Source of the DNA: the human T2T-CHM13v2.0 reference genome, Homo sapiens
Assembly (NCBI RefSeq): GCF_009914755.1
Contig: NC_060928.1
DNA: 64,000 nt
Reading direction: 5' to 3' (one strand)
A program made the position numbers and the translations under genes. Shown piece by piece: positions 25,414 through 38,455 of the stretch. The first letter of the stretch is position 1, and every line of letters begins with the position of its first letter. The notes below the pieces were generated by a model. That model saw nothing but the letters and a program-made list of their open reading frames with translations, was not told the origin of the DNA and did not search any database.

Positions 25414-25791
25414 AAAGCACTTCACATGTTGGAAGAGAAACAGGAACCTAAAAGTGATTTTTAATGTAACTTAAAAATTATTTGTTTAAGAAAAATCTTG
25501 GAATAAAATATATATTCAAGGAAGGATAGTAAATATGGCCTAGAAATTTTAGTATGTCCTGCCATTTTTCATATTATCATGAGAGTACCTACTGTCTGTA
25601 TCCAGAGTGTTCTGAGTTAAATTAATGTGAACTATAATGAATAATGATTTAGAAACATTCTGTGTGTAGCAACAGCTTACTCGGGTTCACTTTTGAGCAA
25701 GAGGCAACTTCCTGGTTGAATCCAGAGACATCTGGCTTTGGATCTTTCAGTTTTATATGTGACCTTTGAGTCATTTATTGACTTACAGAAA
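25414..25791 (-). repeat. Right arm (probable inserted copy) of the 378-bp inverted duplication
   Basis: Reverse complement of 22616-22993. Confidence 0.97.
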
Positions 25792-26106
25792 GTCATATTT
25801 TAAAAAATATGTATAACAGGTATAAAGAGACAGTTTCCAAATAAGGGAAGATCCATTTAATATGAAAAGAAGTATTGAACATTCCTCAAAATAAGACAAA
25901 ATACACTTCAGAAAGACATTGAGATGCTGATTTTCACCTGTCAGCTTGGTAAAAGCCAAATGTTGAATAATACCTCACATTTGTGAAGGTGTGGAAAAAT
26001 GAGCTGATATGAACATAAATTAGAAAACGATAAAGGATATTTGATAGCTTTCAAAATATTTCTTGTATTTTTAAATTTTGTGTGTATAAAGATAGTTGAT
26101 AGATAC

Positions 26107-26158
26107 ATGGATGGATGGATGGATGGATGGATGGATGGATGGATAGATAGATAGATAG
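26107..26158. repeat. (GGAT)n(AGAT)n tetranucleotide STR
   Basis: Directly visible. Confidence 0.95.
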
Positions 26159-27182
26159 AGCTGCCTTGTAAGTCAATAATTGCACTACAGGAATTTATTC
26201 TACCAATAATAGATCCACATAACACATTCAAGAAGGGGTAGAGATGCACAGGACTGAAATGATTAATGTGCAGGTTTATTCATCATAGCATTTTTCACTA
26301 TAACTAGCACCTGGAAACAATGCACTCCAGTAGGTACCTGTTAAATAAATTATAGAACATCCTTCAAACACAATAATTCTTTAAAATATGATATCCACAT
26401 ATGGATACACAAATGAAGAGTGAAGAAGCTCTTTATGTATGACTAGGTAAAGACATACTGTTAAATGAAAAAGAACAAGGAGTCAAGCAAATGTTATGCT
26501 GTATATTACATTAAAAAGAGTAAGCATGAATATATACTTTATTATTTAAAAAAATACTCTGAAAGATTAAATAAGAGACTAATACAAGTGCTTGGCTCTG
26601 GGCAGTAGGATACCCAGGAATAAGTTAAGGAACCAGGAGGATTGAGAACAGGTATCGAAGCAAAACTCTATTTTTCACATGTTTGCTTTTGGAATCATGT
26701 GGTTGTATGATCTATTTAAAAAAATAATTTAGAGAAAAACAAAACTACATAGATGATTCCACGGCTGTAAGTCATTAGTTGCAGAAAAACCTGGGGGCTT
26801 TGGTGCTTACCCAAGACTGTCATTTGTAGTTTGCAGGCTCAGTTGCATAACAATGCTGGCCAGAGGGTGTTTTTGTCTTTTCCTCTTTTTTGACCATTTT
26901 TCCCTGGAGCATTTTTTTCAGCTAATGTACAAGATTTTAAACTTCTTCAGGCATTGGTCACTATACATAGAAACAAAGAATTGTTAACCAATTTTTTAAA
27001 GCTGCGTTTTAAGGTTAATTTGTATCCCGTTAGCAGTAAGTCCATAGAACAGTAAGTCTCTGAAAACACTGAGCATCCTACACAGGGAAAGAGAAACAAT
27101 GTTCACAATTATTACCTAATTTAATACTCAAACAACTCATAAACTGTATTATTATTCCAAAAATAGAGGTAAGAATAGAGGC

Positions 27183-27544
27183 TGACTTTGTGTATTTAGG
27201 CTACTATAACATAATGCCATAAACTAGGTAGTTTATAAATAGCAGAAATGTATTTCTCATGGTTCTGGAGGCTGGGAAATCCAAGATCAAGGCATCACAG
27301 ATTTAGTATCTGGTGAAGGCCTTTTCCTGGTTCATGGGTGAGGCCTTCTCTCTGTGTCCTCACACGGTGGAAGGGGCAATATAGCTCTCTAGGGTCTCCT
27401 GTGTAAGAATACTAATCCCATTGTGAGGGCTCTACCCTTATGACCTAATCACCTTCCAACGTGCCAACCTCTTAATACCATCACACTGGTGATTGGGATT
27501 CAACACATGAATTTGGGAAAGACACAAACATTCAGACCGTAGCA
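27183..27544 (-). mobile_element. MLT1A0-like MaLR solo LTR
   Basis: 'ttctggaggctgggaaatccaagatcaagg...gacacaaacattcagaccgtagca'. Confidence 0.88.
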
Positions 27545-27739
27545 GAATGTCAAACATGTTAAATTTTCTAAAGTCATAAAATAAGTGATTCAGGCTGAGT
27601 GCTAAACCACATCACTGATTTTTATAATCGTCTTCCAGAAAACCATGCTTCTAGCACAGAAGTCTTTATGAAGGAACTAATTCTTTAATGTATTATGATG
27701 GTATTAGCAATTGCTCACAGCTCTAGATGCTGATTTTCT

Positions 27740-28110
27740 GCTCTGGAAATATATGAAGACCATCCAGATGAGAACAAGCAAAGACTATTTATTCAAAGCT
27801 TACCATAGCAAGGGAGTCAGCCACCATGCCTTGTATTTGACAAAGAGTCAAAGGCAGATGGGGCGTTTCACGTCCCTGCTCCGATTGGAGATTGTGGGCA
27901 TAGACAAAGTGGAGGCAGGCTAAAGAGAAACAGCAACCTATGTGCTTAGTCACGAGAACACATTTGGCTTTTTCTGGTTGGTTCTAAGTTAAAATTAGGG
28001 GCAAAAATTAGGGAAGCTGGCAGTTAGAACAAGTTCTGACCTGTTTGCTGCAAAAGTTGTGAGTCAGAGTCCTATCTAGTGGCCTAGTCTTTGTACATTC
28101 TGTTTCTTGC
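27740..28110 (-). mobile_element. Old ERV1 LTR (MER90-like; family uncertain)
   Basis: 'gactatttattcaaagcttaccatagcaagggagtcagccacc' (antisense polyA signal), 'gattgg' and 'ctggttggttctaagtt'. Confidence 0.55.
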
Positions 28111-28177
28111 TGTCCTCAAGGAGCTCACTCTCTGTTGGAGGAATATCTGACCAAAATGGATGAAACATTCCCCTTAC

Positions 28178-28691
28178 TGTGACAAAACTTTAGTCATCCT
28201 GACTGTAGGCCCTGATCTCCCTTTTCTTAGAGAACATTTACTTTAGAAAACTTGTAACTGCTTTCTTTTCCCCTTTGGTTGCAAGCCTTTTTAGAAGCCT
28301 CTTGCCAGTGTTACAACCCAGGACTGTCTTTCTCAAGGACCTGAGACTCATCCTTTGATGTGTAACCACTAAGGAAGATGGTACCCCATCTCCCAGTCTC
28401 TGTGGGAGGGTAGGAACCAACTTTGGTGGGAGTCTTGCTCCAAGCTGTAAAATTACTTCCTATGAAAAAGAGAAAGTTGACTTTTCTTTTGGGTGAGGCC
28501 AATTAACAAACATAGATGGCTTGTGATCTTCTATTATAAGTTCCACTAGAACTTATTCCTCCTGTATACTCTTAGAAACTCTCCCATCCTTTGTTTCACT
28601 TGAGCTGAGTTCAGACTCTCTCCCCCTTATGCAAAGCCTTGAGGGAAGCCTTTCCTACCTGTTTCACATTGGTGCAAATTTTGCTTTGACA
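28178..28691 (+). mobile_element. ERV1 LTR (MER67/MER31-like)
   Basis: 'catttactttagaaaacttgtaa...tgtctttctcaaggacctg...tctcccagtctctgtgggagggtagga', ends 'tttgaca'. Confidence 0.7.
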
Positions 28692-29411
28692 CACACATCA
28701 GAACTTTAGTGTTGCATTTTTTCTTTCTATTCCTTATTTTAAACATTAATATAAACAGTTATAGGTAGAAGATAAGAAGCTCAGATTAAAAATATGATTT
28801 AAAATGTTAACAGTGTAACAACACATAAATGAATATTGGTTAAAACCCCCAACTAACAAAATGAGTCTGATTTACATAATCATTTATTTAAAAAGAAAAA
28901 ATAAAATTTGCTTAAAAGAGTTAACAAATCCATGATTAAAATGGTAAATTAATGTGGAAATACAAAAATCTCAGACAAATGAGTGCAAGTTGAGTCACAA
29001 CTGGTCTTTTGGGTCAAGCAGCTTTTTTGTGGCATATTTCATAAAGAACTTGTGGTCATGGTGAGGGTATTACCCCCAGGGCACTTTTTTATGTGTAATT
29101 TTGTTTAAGATTATAGTAGTTTCTCAAACTTTGATCATGCTCCACAATTCTTTCAACACAATCATTTACAGAAAATGTAGGGTTCACAGTCAGCCTATAC
29201 AGAAAGGGAGGAGTTTTGAAATGGCTGCCAAAACAAACAAAAAATATATATCTGTCCAAAACTGACTATGAGAATAGTGGTTACAGGTTTTTAGTTATAT
29301 TACATCCATTAGGGATTGATAATTGTACAATCTTTGGAAAAGTCTTTCAGGTAGATGTATAAATTTTGGGTACATATATAAATAGTTGAGGGTTATTGAA
29401 ATTACACCATC

Positions 29412-29518
29412 CAGGAGAATTTTGTGAACCCAGGAGGCAGAGTTTGCTGTGAGCCGAGATCATGCCACTGCACTGCAGCCTGGGCAACAGAGCGAGACTC
29501 CATTTCAAAAAAAAAAAA
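29412..29518 (+). mobile_element. Alu right-arm fragment
   Basis: 'caggagaat..gtgaacccaggaggcagag...gagcgagactccatttcaaaaa'. Confidence 0.9.
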
Positions 29519-29862
29519 CCCGAAAACTTTAACAAACCTACATAAAGAGAAAAAATATGCATATAGTAACTTGGAATACTTAATAGGTGTTTCCTTATCT
29601 GTAGGGGACTTATTCGTCAGAAATATCTGCCAGGTCTTATGTGACTTGTTTTCTTTGCCTCCTGGTGTAGTGTTAACTCCCTCTAATCATTCACTTAGTG
29701 CCTAGTACTCCTCATGACAAAGCCCTACATTAGAATGAGTGTCTCATTTTTTGGGGAAATTAACATAATGACAGAGACATTTTTGTCTTTTTGGTCTATA
29801 ATATCATAAAAATCTTAATTTAACTATATAATCTTCATAAAGTGTTTGTCTATAACTATCTA

Positions 29863-31762
29863 CCTTTTTAATTTTAAGATTGACACAAAATTGTTCTTCC
29901 ATATGGGGTACAGTATGATATTTCAATACATACATACAGTGTGTAATAATCAAATCAAGGTGCTTAACATATCCATCACCCCAAATATTTATTATTCCTT
30001 TGTGCTGGAAATAGTCAAAATCTTCTCTAGCTATTTGAAAATGTACAATAAATCAGTGTTAACTATAGTCACCTTCCAGTGCTGTGGAACACCAGAGCTT
30101 ATTCCTCCTATTTGATTGCAATTTTGTATCTGTTAACCAAACTTTTCCTTTCCTCCTCTTCCTACTATCCTTCCTAGACTCTAGTATGCTCTATTTTACT
30201 GTCTACTTCTATGACAACAATTTTTTAGCTTCCAGATTTGAGTAGAAACATGCATTATTTATATATCTGTGCCTGGCTTTTTCCATCTAATATGGTGTCC
30301 TCCAGAGTCATCCATGTTGCTGTGAATGACAGGGTGTTATTCTTTTTTATGGCTAAATAGTTTTCTCCTGTGTATATACACCACATTTTCTTTATTTATT
30401 TATTTGTTGATAGACACTTAGGTTGACTTGATATCTTGGCTATTGTGACTAGTACTACAATAAACATGAAAGTGCATATATGTCATTGATATACAAATTT
30501 CCTTTCCCTTGGATATGTACTTAGTAGTGGGATTGCTAGACTGTATGGTAATTTCATTTTTTAATTTTTTTGAGGAAACTTCATAAGATTTTTCACGATG
30601 TTTGTACTAATTTACATTCTCACCGAGAGTATATAGGAGTTCTCATTTATCTGCATCTTCACCGACATTTCTTATTTTTCATTACATTGACAATATTTAT
30701 TCTAATTGGTGTGAGATGATATTGCAAGGTGGTTCTGATTTGCATTTTCCAGATGACTAGTGATGCTGAGAATTTTTTCATATACTTGTTAGCCATTTGT
30801 ATGTCTTCTTTTGAGAAAAGTCTATTTAGATCATTTTCCCATTTTTAAAATCAGCTTATTTGTTTGCTTGGTGTTGTTTGAGATCCTTGTATATTCTGCA
30901 TGTTAATCTCTAGTTTGCAAATCTTTTCTCCCATTCTGTAGCTTGTATCTACACTCTGTCGATTGCTTTCTTTGCTGTGCAGAATCCTTTAGTTTGATAT
31001 AATCCCATTTGTCTATTTTTCTTTTTCACTTGTGTTTTCGAGGTCTTATCCATAAAAATCAATGTTCTGAAGCATTTGTCCTGTTTTCTTCTAGTAGTTT
31101 CATAGTTTCAGGTCTTACATTTAAGACTTTATTTTGAGTTGATTTTTTTTATGTTGTGAGAGATAGAGGTATAGTTTTATTATTCTGTATATGGATATCC
31201 AGTTTTTCCAGAATCATTTATTGAAGAAATTGTCCTTTTCCTCAGTGTATGTTCTTGGTGCCTTTGTAGAAAATCAATTGTTTGTAAATATGTGGATTTA
31301 TTTCTGGGACTTTTATTCTGTTTCATTGGTCTATGTGTCTGTTTCTGTGCCAGTACCATGCTGTTTTGGTTATGTTATCTTTTTAAGTCAGGTAGTGTGA
31401 TGCCTTCAATTTTGTTGTTTTGGTTCAAGATTGCTTTGGCTATACTGGGTCTCTTGTGGTTTCATATTATACAAATTTTAGGATTTTTTTATATTTCTGT
31501 GAATAATGTCACTGACATTTTGATGGGGATTGCATTGAATCTGTAGCTTGCTTTGGGTAGTATGGTCATTTTAACAGTGTTAATTCTTCCAATTCATAAA
31601 TATGGAATGTCTTTTCATTTTGCATGTGTTTCCTCTTCAATTTCTTTATCAGTGTTTTACAGTTTTTATTGTAAAGATCTTTTACTTCATTGGTTAAACT
31701 TATCCCTTGAGTTTTTTTTCTAGCTATTGTACATTGGATTTCTTTCTTAATTTCTTTTTCAT
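29863..31762 (-). mobile_element. L1MA-class 3' 1.9 kb
   Basis: L1MA 3'UTR 'atggggtacagtatgatatttcaatac...catatccatcacc' followed by antisense ORF2 ('ggatatccagtttttcca', 'gggattgcattgaatctgtag'). Confidence 0.88.
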
Positions 31763-32935
31763 CAATCTTCTTAATTGTACTGAACTAGCAGAAATCTGAT
31801 TCCCTGTTACACGCTTTGCCAAACGTCTAACGTTGCTATCAATTTCCCAGAGAATAGTTTCTCTGTATATATTCTGTATCCTTAAAACTGTCCTAGTGAG
31901 AAGAGCTTATGTTTTTTTAGTTTTTGAGGGAAAGAGAAAAACTTGCAGAACACTTATAACCTAAAAAAGCTCTCTCAGTAAAAACAGCCACAGTTTATTG
32001 AATGTTTACTTACTGTATGTCAAGAAATGTGTAAAAGCTTTAAAATATACAATTTTACTTTTTATAATTCTGTGACACAGATAGTATGTGATGTAAATAT
32101 TATTGCTTCTCAGTTATGGGCAGATTCCATACCCACTACCATGACATAATATTGACTCCTTGTAATACTCATGTCCCATGAAACAATACCAGGAACCTTA
32201 GAGTCTAGAACCACAGTGAAATATGATCCTAGTTTGTGATGGCCTTGGTCTATATACCATTTTTAAGTATATGGGCTCCACATTCATTCTGTAAACACTA
32301 ACAAAATTATTCAAAACACATGACCAATATTATAATAAATATATGCATCAAATATTATAAGAGGATAGAATGAGATTCTTCTCAGCAGATAATAAATATA
32401 ACCAATGAAAAGATAATTAATAATATTTATCTTGTCTTTTGTTTTGAATTACTATGAACCTCTAACAGTTCTAAACGAAAACATGCAATTTTGACAATGT
32501 CTTTCTTTATTATTTTCAATGGCTTTTTATTTCTAAGTATTTCTTGGGCATTTTATCTCCTCATATAAAACATATCATGATTGATTTCCTCCAAGTACCT
32601 CAAATAACACCTGGACTTAAAAATATATATTTAAAGGTATTGACAAAATAGGATACTGTTCTGTTCTAATTATTTTAAATGAGTCTAAAAATATGTGCAG
32701 CTGACATATATTTTACCCTGCATCATCTCCAAACTTTTGTGAAGAAGATGTGAGAGTGGACCTGGTATTTTCCACTTTTCAAAATTATGTAAGCCTCCTT
32801 GAACTCAGTTGCTGGTTAAATTTCATCTGGTCCTAGTGAGTGAAAAGACCTTTGCTGCTCTTGGCCTCATGACTTCATTCTTCTCTATAGAAGATTTAGA
32901 GATTTGTCATCAGACCTTTAAAAGATACGGCGTTT

Positions 32936-34868
32936 GGGGCGAGGACAAGATGGCCATCTAGAAGCGGCAGCAATTAGAGGTTCCCATGGAAAATATCCAA
33001 AACAGTGAGCGGGTCCTGCACCAGCAATGGAGGTATCCAGGTTCCGTCGTTAGGACTGACTAGGTGGCCGGTGTGACCCATGGAGAGGAAGGAAGAACAG
33101 TGTGGTGTCATGGGCCACCTGAGAGCTACATGGGGCGGGGGAGCCCCCAACCCCCTTCCAAGGGAGGCAGTGAGTGAGCATGGTACCCAACCTGAGAAAC
33201 TGTGCTTTTTCCATGGAACTGTGCAACCCATGGATCCGAAGATCCCACTCAGGAGCCCACGCCACTGTGACCTTGAGTCTCAACCATGGAGCTATGCAAA
33301 TTCTGAACAGCCACGGAATTGGCCTAAGCCTGCTGAGTTCCATGGGGGAGGGGCAGCCATCACCACTGCTGCCAGCTGCCTTCTGTCTAAGCCACCTGAG
33401 CTCCTTGCAGGAAGGATGGCAGTCAACACTGCGGCTGCAGGGCCTCCCTGCAGGAACTCCAACTCCAGTCAGAGTTCTCTCAGGGAGAGAACTCTGGTCT
33501 CTCTGGGCCTGAGCCCCTGCGTGGGGTGGGGTGTGGTGGCCACAGTCTCTGCAGACCAGCAGACTTAGTCTTTCCTCCTGCTAGCTCTGAGGAATCTGCA
33601 CAGCCCAGACAAGTGGGTTTCCCCACAGTGCAGCACACCCCCTCCACCAAAGGACAGCAAAAATGCCTCATTAAATGGTTCCTGCTTCCCAAGCCACCAA
33701 ACTGGGTGAGAACACCACAACAGGGGGTATCAGACATCCCATACAGGAGTATTCCTACTGACATCAGGTTGGTGCCACTCAAGGTCAGAGATCCCAGAGG
33801 AAGGAGCAGGCACCCATCTTTGCCATTCTCCAGTCTCCTCGAGTGACATCTCCAGGCGCGAGAGTGAACCAGATGAATAGGGCCTGAAGTGAACCCCTAG
33901 CAAACCACAGCAGACCTACAGAAGAGGGACCTCACTATGGAAAGAAAAACAAACAAACAGAAAGCAACAACAATAGCATCAACAAAAGAAAGTCCCCACA
34001 AAAACTTCATCCAAGAGTCAGCAGCCTCAAAGGTCAAAACTAGACAAACTGAAGAAGATGAGAAAGAATCAACGAAAAAACAATGGAAACCACTCCAGCA
34101 AGGAAGCAGAGCTAGAAGGAGGATGAGATGGATAAATTGAAAGGAGTCGGCTTCAGAAGGTGGGTGATAACACTTTGCTGAGGTAAAGGAGCATGTTCTA
34201 ACCCAATGCAGATAAGGTAAGAACACTGATAAAAGTTTAGAGGAGCTGCTAACTAGAATAACCAGTTTAGAGAGGAACATAAATAACCTGATGGAACTGA
34301 AAAATGCATCATGGAAAATTCGTGACGCATACACAAGTATCAATCCCATTACTGGTTCTATACCCAAAGGAATATAAATCATTCTATTATAAAGATGCAT
34401 GCACATATATGTTTATTGCAACACTATTCACAATAGCAAAGACATGGAACCAACTCAAATGCCCATCGATGATAGACTGGATAAAGAAAATGTGGTACAT
34501 ATACACCATGGAATACTACGAAGCCACAAAAGGGACAAGATAATGTCCTTTGCAGGGACATGGATGGAGCTGGAAGCCATTATTTTCAGCAAACTATCAC
34601 AGAAATAGAAAAGCAAATGCCGCATGTTCTCACTCATAAGTGGGAGATGAACAATGAGAACACATGGACACACGAAGGGGAACAACACACACTGGGGCCC
34701 GGGGTGGGACAAAGGGAGGGAGAGCATCAGGATAAGCAACTAATGCATGCAGGGCTTAAAACATAAGTAATGCTTTGAAAGGTACAGCAACCAACCATGG
34801 CACATGGATACATATGTAACAAACCTGCAAGTTTTGCACATGTATCAAGAACTTAACGTAAAAAAAAA
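32936..34868 (+). mobile_element. L1PA10-12-like element: 5'UTR plus ORF1 start fused directly to ORF2 end and 3'UTR
   Basis: 'gg...caagatggcc' 5' start, ORF1-like 'gaggagctgctaactagaataaccagtttagagaggaacataaat', junction at 34341-34344, then 'cccattactgg..atacccaaaggaatataaatc' and the 3'UTR. Confidence 0.92.
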
Positions 34869-35002
34869 TATATATATGAATATATATGTATATATTCTTT
34901 CTCATATATATTATATATAATATATAAATATATATAAATATATTATATATATATTTTATATATAATATATATAATATATATATATAATATATATATATAT
35001 AT
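34869..35002. repeat. Interrupted (TA)n tract at the L1 tail
   Basis: Directly visible. Confidence 0.9.
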
Positions 35003-36599
35003 GTAGCCTTTACTCATCCTCTTACCCATGGTCCTGGTCTGAGAATCACATAAAAGAAAAGTTAGATTATAAGGAAGAAAGCAATGTTGATTCATGAAAA
35101 GCTAAATAGTGATTGACGAGAAATATCAAACCTATATAGACAGGGTCAAGGTGAGTGAAAAATTCAAGAGAGAGAGTTACGACTTACTGGGCTTAACTGT
35201 AGATGTGTAGATTTCAGAAAAGTGATAAACACTGAGAAATTCATATAAATAAAAACGAAATTGTCACAGCTGTGTAAAAATCTGGGAAATATATATAGAA
35301 TGGATTGACAAATCCAATGTGTGCCTTTGAGACCAGCTGTTCTTTTTAATATTGCTTACTAGGAAGACTGTAGTTGCAGTTCTTGGACTGATAATATATA
35401 GTAGTGTTCTGCAGATTGTGTCTCTTCATTGAGTACTTTATTTTGAAAATAAAAATAATACGAAGTTTAATGTTTAATATCATCCTATATTTTATTTATA
35501 TTTTTGTTGGAAATACTCTCATGTTTTCTATATTTTCCTAATGTTCTGCGATAACTATATATGACTTTTTGATCAAAAAAATACATGCTATTAAAATTAG
35601 CTAATACATACTAATGTTTAAACTTGCTAGATGAAGCAAATACTGAAAATTACAGCATTAAAATAATTTTCTTATTTGGGTAATTTTTAAAAATGGCTAG
35701 TGCAAAGTGAAGTTAATTTAGTGACTGTCCATATTTTATGTTGTAAATATTTTCATATGTGAGCTTGAATATATATATAGTGGGAACCGTTCTTATTATG
35801 TTCTTTATCTGTATTCAGTAAAACATTATGAGACTACCCATAAACTTTTAAGAAGCTATGGAATAAAAAATACTGAGTAAACAACTGAATCACTGGACGA
35901 ATGAATGAATAATGTGTCCCAATTTGAACATGTGGCTTCAAAATAAATTATGTCATGTACAGGTAGTGCAGAATGAAATGTTCCAAATAACTGAATGAAT
36001 TTAGCGTATCCTTGTGACTGATCTCAAATATTCTGAAGTGAGAAATGCCCTCACAATTGACTTTCTGCAAAAGCCATCTCCATAAAGCCATGATGCTTGA
36101 CTTACATCTTAAAGTTTAGAAAGATGCTGCATCCTCTGGCGTGCTACACAGCTTTTAGTGTACTTTATAGTATTTAGACATAACTGATAATGTCATTAAA
36201 TTAGACACATACCTCCACAGAGTTTTAGAGGTCCAAAGTGTCTTTAGAAATTATTTAATCCAACTCCCTTCATCTATTGGATCATAGGGAAGTGGTATAA
36301 ACACTAAAACTATTTCCCCAGTTCACACAGTAAGTTAGCATTGATGCTAAGGTTAGACTCCAGACTATCCCTGCCCACTCCTCATTCCCTATATAGCAGT
36401 GAGACTGCTTTTCTTATGAACACACAGATACACAATTATAGGAAAAATAGACATACACTATTACTTTATATTTAATCCACTCCCACCCTCACTTTCTTTT
36501 GTAGTTGTGAGTCATAACTGAAATGGAGATACATCAATCAAATAAAATGTAATGAAAAAAATCTAACAAAGGCTATTGAGAGCTGTAGAACTCTTAACA

Positions 36600-37537
36600 T
36601 ACTACAAACTCATCCTAATCTCTGATCTGCGATGCTTGACCACACTCTAGCTTGGCTTCTAGCAGCACTCAGCTGTGTGCCCCTCAGATGACCGCCTTTA
36701 AAATATCTGCCTGAGAAAATTCAGTGTTGCCAGGAAAATGTACCGTTTGCTCCAGCTAAAACCTGGCGATAGATAGATATCTCCCTCAATTCCCTATTAG
36801 GGCAATTACTTTAGAAATCTGTCAATTATCAATCCTTTCTGTGCTTTTTTTTTTTTTTTTTTTTAAACAGTGCTGCTTTTTCACCCAGGCCAGAGTGAAG
36901 CACAGTGGCACAATCATTGCTCACTGTAACCTCAAAGTCCTTGCCTCAAGCGATCCTCCTGCCTCAGTCTCCTGAATAGCTGGGACTACAGGAGCGTGAC
37001 ACCAGGCATGGCTAATTTTTTTGTAAAGACGTGGTCTGGCTTTGTGCCCAGGTTGATCTCAAGCTATCCTTCCACCTCCTTCCCAAATGCTGTGATTACT
37101 GCCATGAGCCACCAAACCTGACTCTCTGTGTTTTGAGAAGCAAATCTACCAACCAAAACTGTTTTCTCAAAGACCTGAAAGCCACCTCTGAAATGGTGAT
37201 AGTTAGGGAACTGACTCTCTCAATATAGCTCTCAGGCCTGGTGTAAGTGTAAGGGCCTACGATTTGTGGGCACCTAACTTCAACTTGTTATAAAGACAGA
37301 CATTTGTTTCTCCTCCCAGTAAGCAAATCCAGGTGGCCTGGTCACGTGGACCTGGCCCTTTCACACCAGTCAATGCCTTTCCTTTAGCACTCCCAACCCT
37401 GTAAAATGTTTCCTGCCTTTGTTTGCTGGGATCCAAGTTCAGTTTATGCTGGACTCTTTTTCTTATTGCAATAATGTTACTGAGTTAAATCTGTCCTTAT
37501 TGCTTTAATTAGTGTCTGACATTATTTATCCTTGATA
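36600..37537 (+). mobile_element. ERV1 LTR (MER31/MER67-like) split by an Alu
   Basis: 'ctgcctgagaaaattca..gttgccagg', 'tactttagaaa', 'ttctcaaagacctgaaagcca', 'ttattgcaata...aaatctgtccttattgctttaa'. Homologous to 28178-28691. Confidence 0.65.
36845..37100 (-). mobile_element. Degenerate AluJ
   Basis: Poly-T, 'ctcaagcgatcctcctgcctcag..tagctgggactacagg'. TSD tctgtg(c/t)ttt. Confidence 0.88.
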
Positions 37538-38147
37538 ATATGTTGCTGGATGGATAACTGAGTGAGCCCATCTCATTTAACTAGCCAGGGAGAGTATCAG
37601 GGCCTACACTGCAATATGATAACATGCAAATGAAATCATTGGCTTACCTCCAATGCCTTTATTGCATACCATATTTTGATATTAAATATTTTAAACATGT
37701 ACATCGATTGCTGAATGGCTTCAGTGTAGGGTGAGACCTCTACTGTGGATGCTGGAGATAAGACTGACTCCAGACCCTGTCCAAACAGTTTTACTGAGAA
37801 AAATCACTGCTCCCTAACCTTGAGGCAGGCCAAGTACACGCTCAGCTTTCAAAGGCCAGGCGGATTAAATGTGTGAAATCTTTGTTACAAGTCATAGGGA
37901 GTCCAGGGAACTGTAGCTAACTAGAGTGTAGAAGTCTTCCAAGAACATTTGAATTTAGAATAAAAATAAATATTAATATCCAAGTTAATTTTGAGCCTCA
38001 GATGGCTATATTTTTACCTATAGTTCAAGATAATAATTTTATTGTATGCCTGAAAAAATATTAACTATTTGGGGTTATTTTGCTTTTAGGGCTATTAAAT
38101 GCTAAGATATGCATTTTCTATGTTTATAGAAAACTGTTTCTCTTTTA

Positions 38148-38455
38148 TTTATTTATTTAATTTTATTTTTCAAGACAGATCCTGTCTTCGGTTGCCCAGG
38201 CTGTACTGCAGTGGTGCAATCTCAGCTCATTGCAGCCTTGGCCTCCTGAGCTCAGGTGATTCTCCCACCTCAGCCTCCTGAGTAGCTGGGACCACAGGTG
38301 TGTGCCACTATGCCCAGGTAGTTTTTTGTATTTTTAATAAATATGTAGTTTTGCCATGTTGCCCAGGCTAGTCTCGAACTCCTGGATTCAAACAATCCAC
38401 CTGCCTCGGCCTCCCACAGTGGGGGGATTATAGGCATGAGCCACCGCTCCCGGCC
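38148..38455 (-). mobile_element. AluJ
   Basis: Full antisense Alu with J features ('tgcagccttggcctcctgagctcagg', 'gttgcccaggct'). 14-bp TSD ctgtttctctttta. Confidence 0.95.

Larger units (their letters stand above)
24870..26720 (+). mobile_element. Ancient L1ME-like ORF2/3' remnant, interrupted by the inverted duplicate
   Basis: Degenerate ORF2 motifs in order on both sides of 25414-25791: 'ataaagggctactatcc', 'ttgagatg...tttcacct.tcag.ttggtaaaa', 'aggtttattcatcatagcatttt...cctggaaacaa'. Confidence 0.55.
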
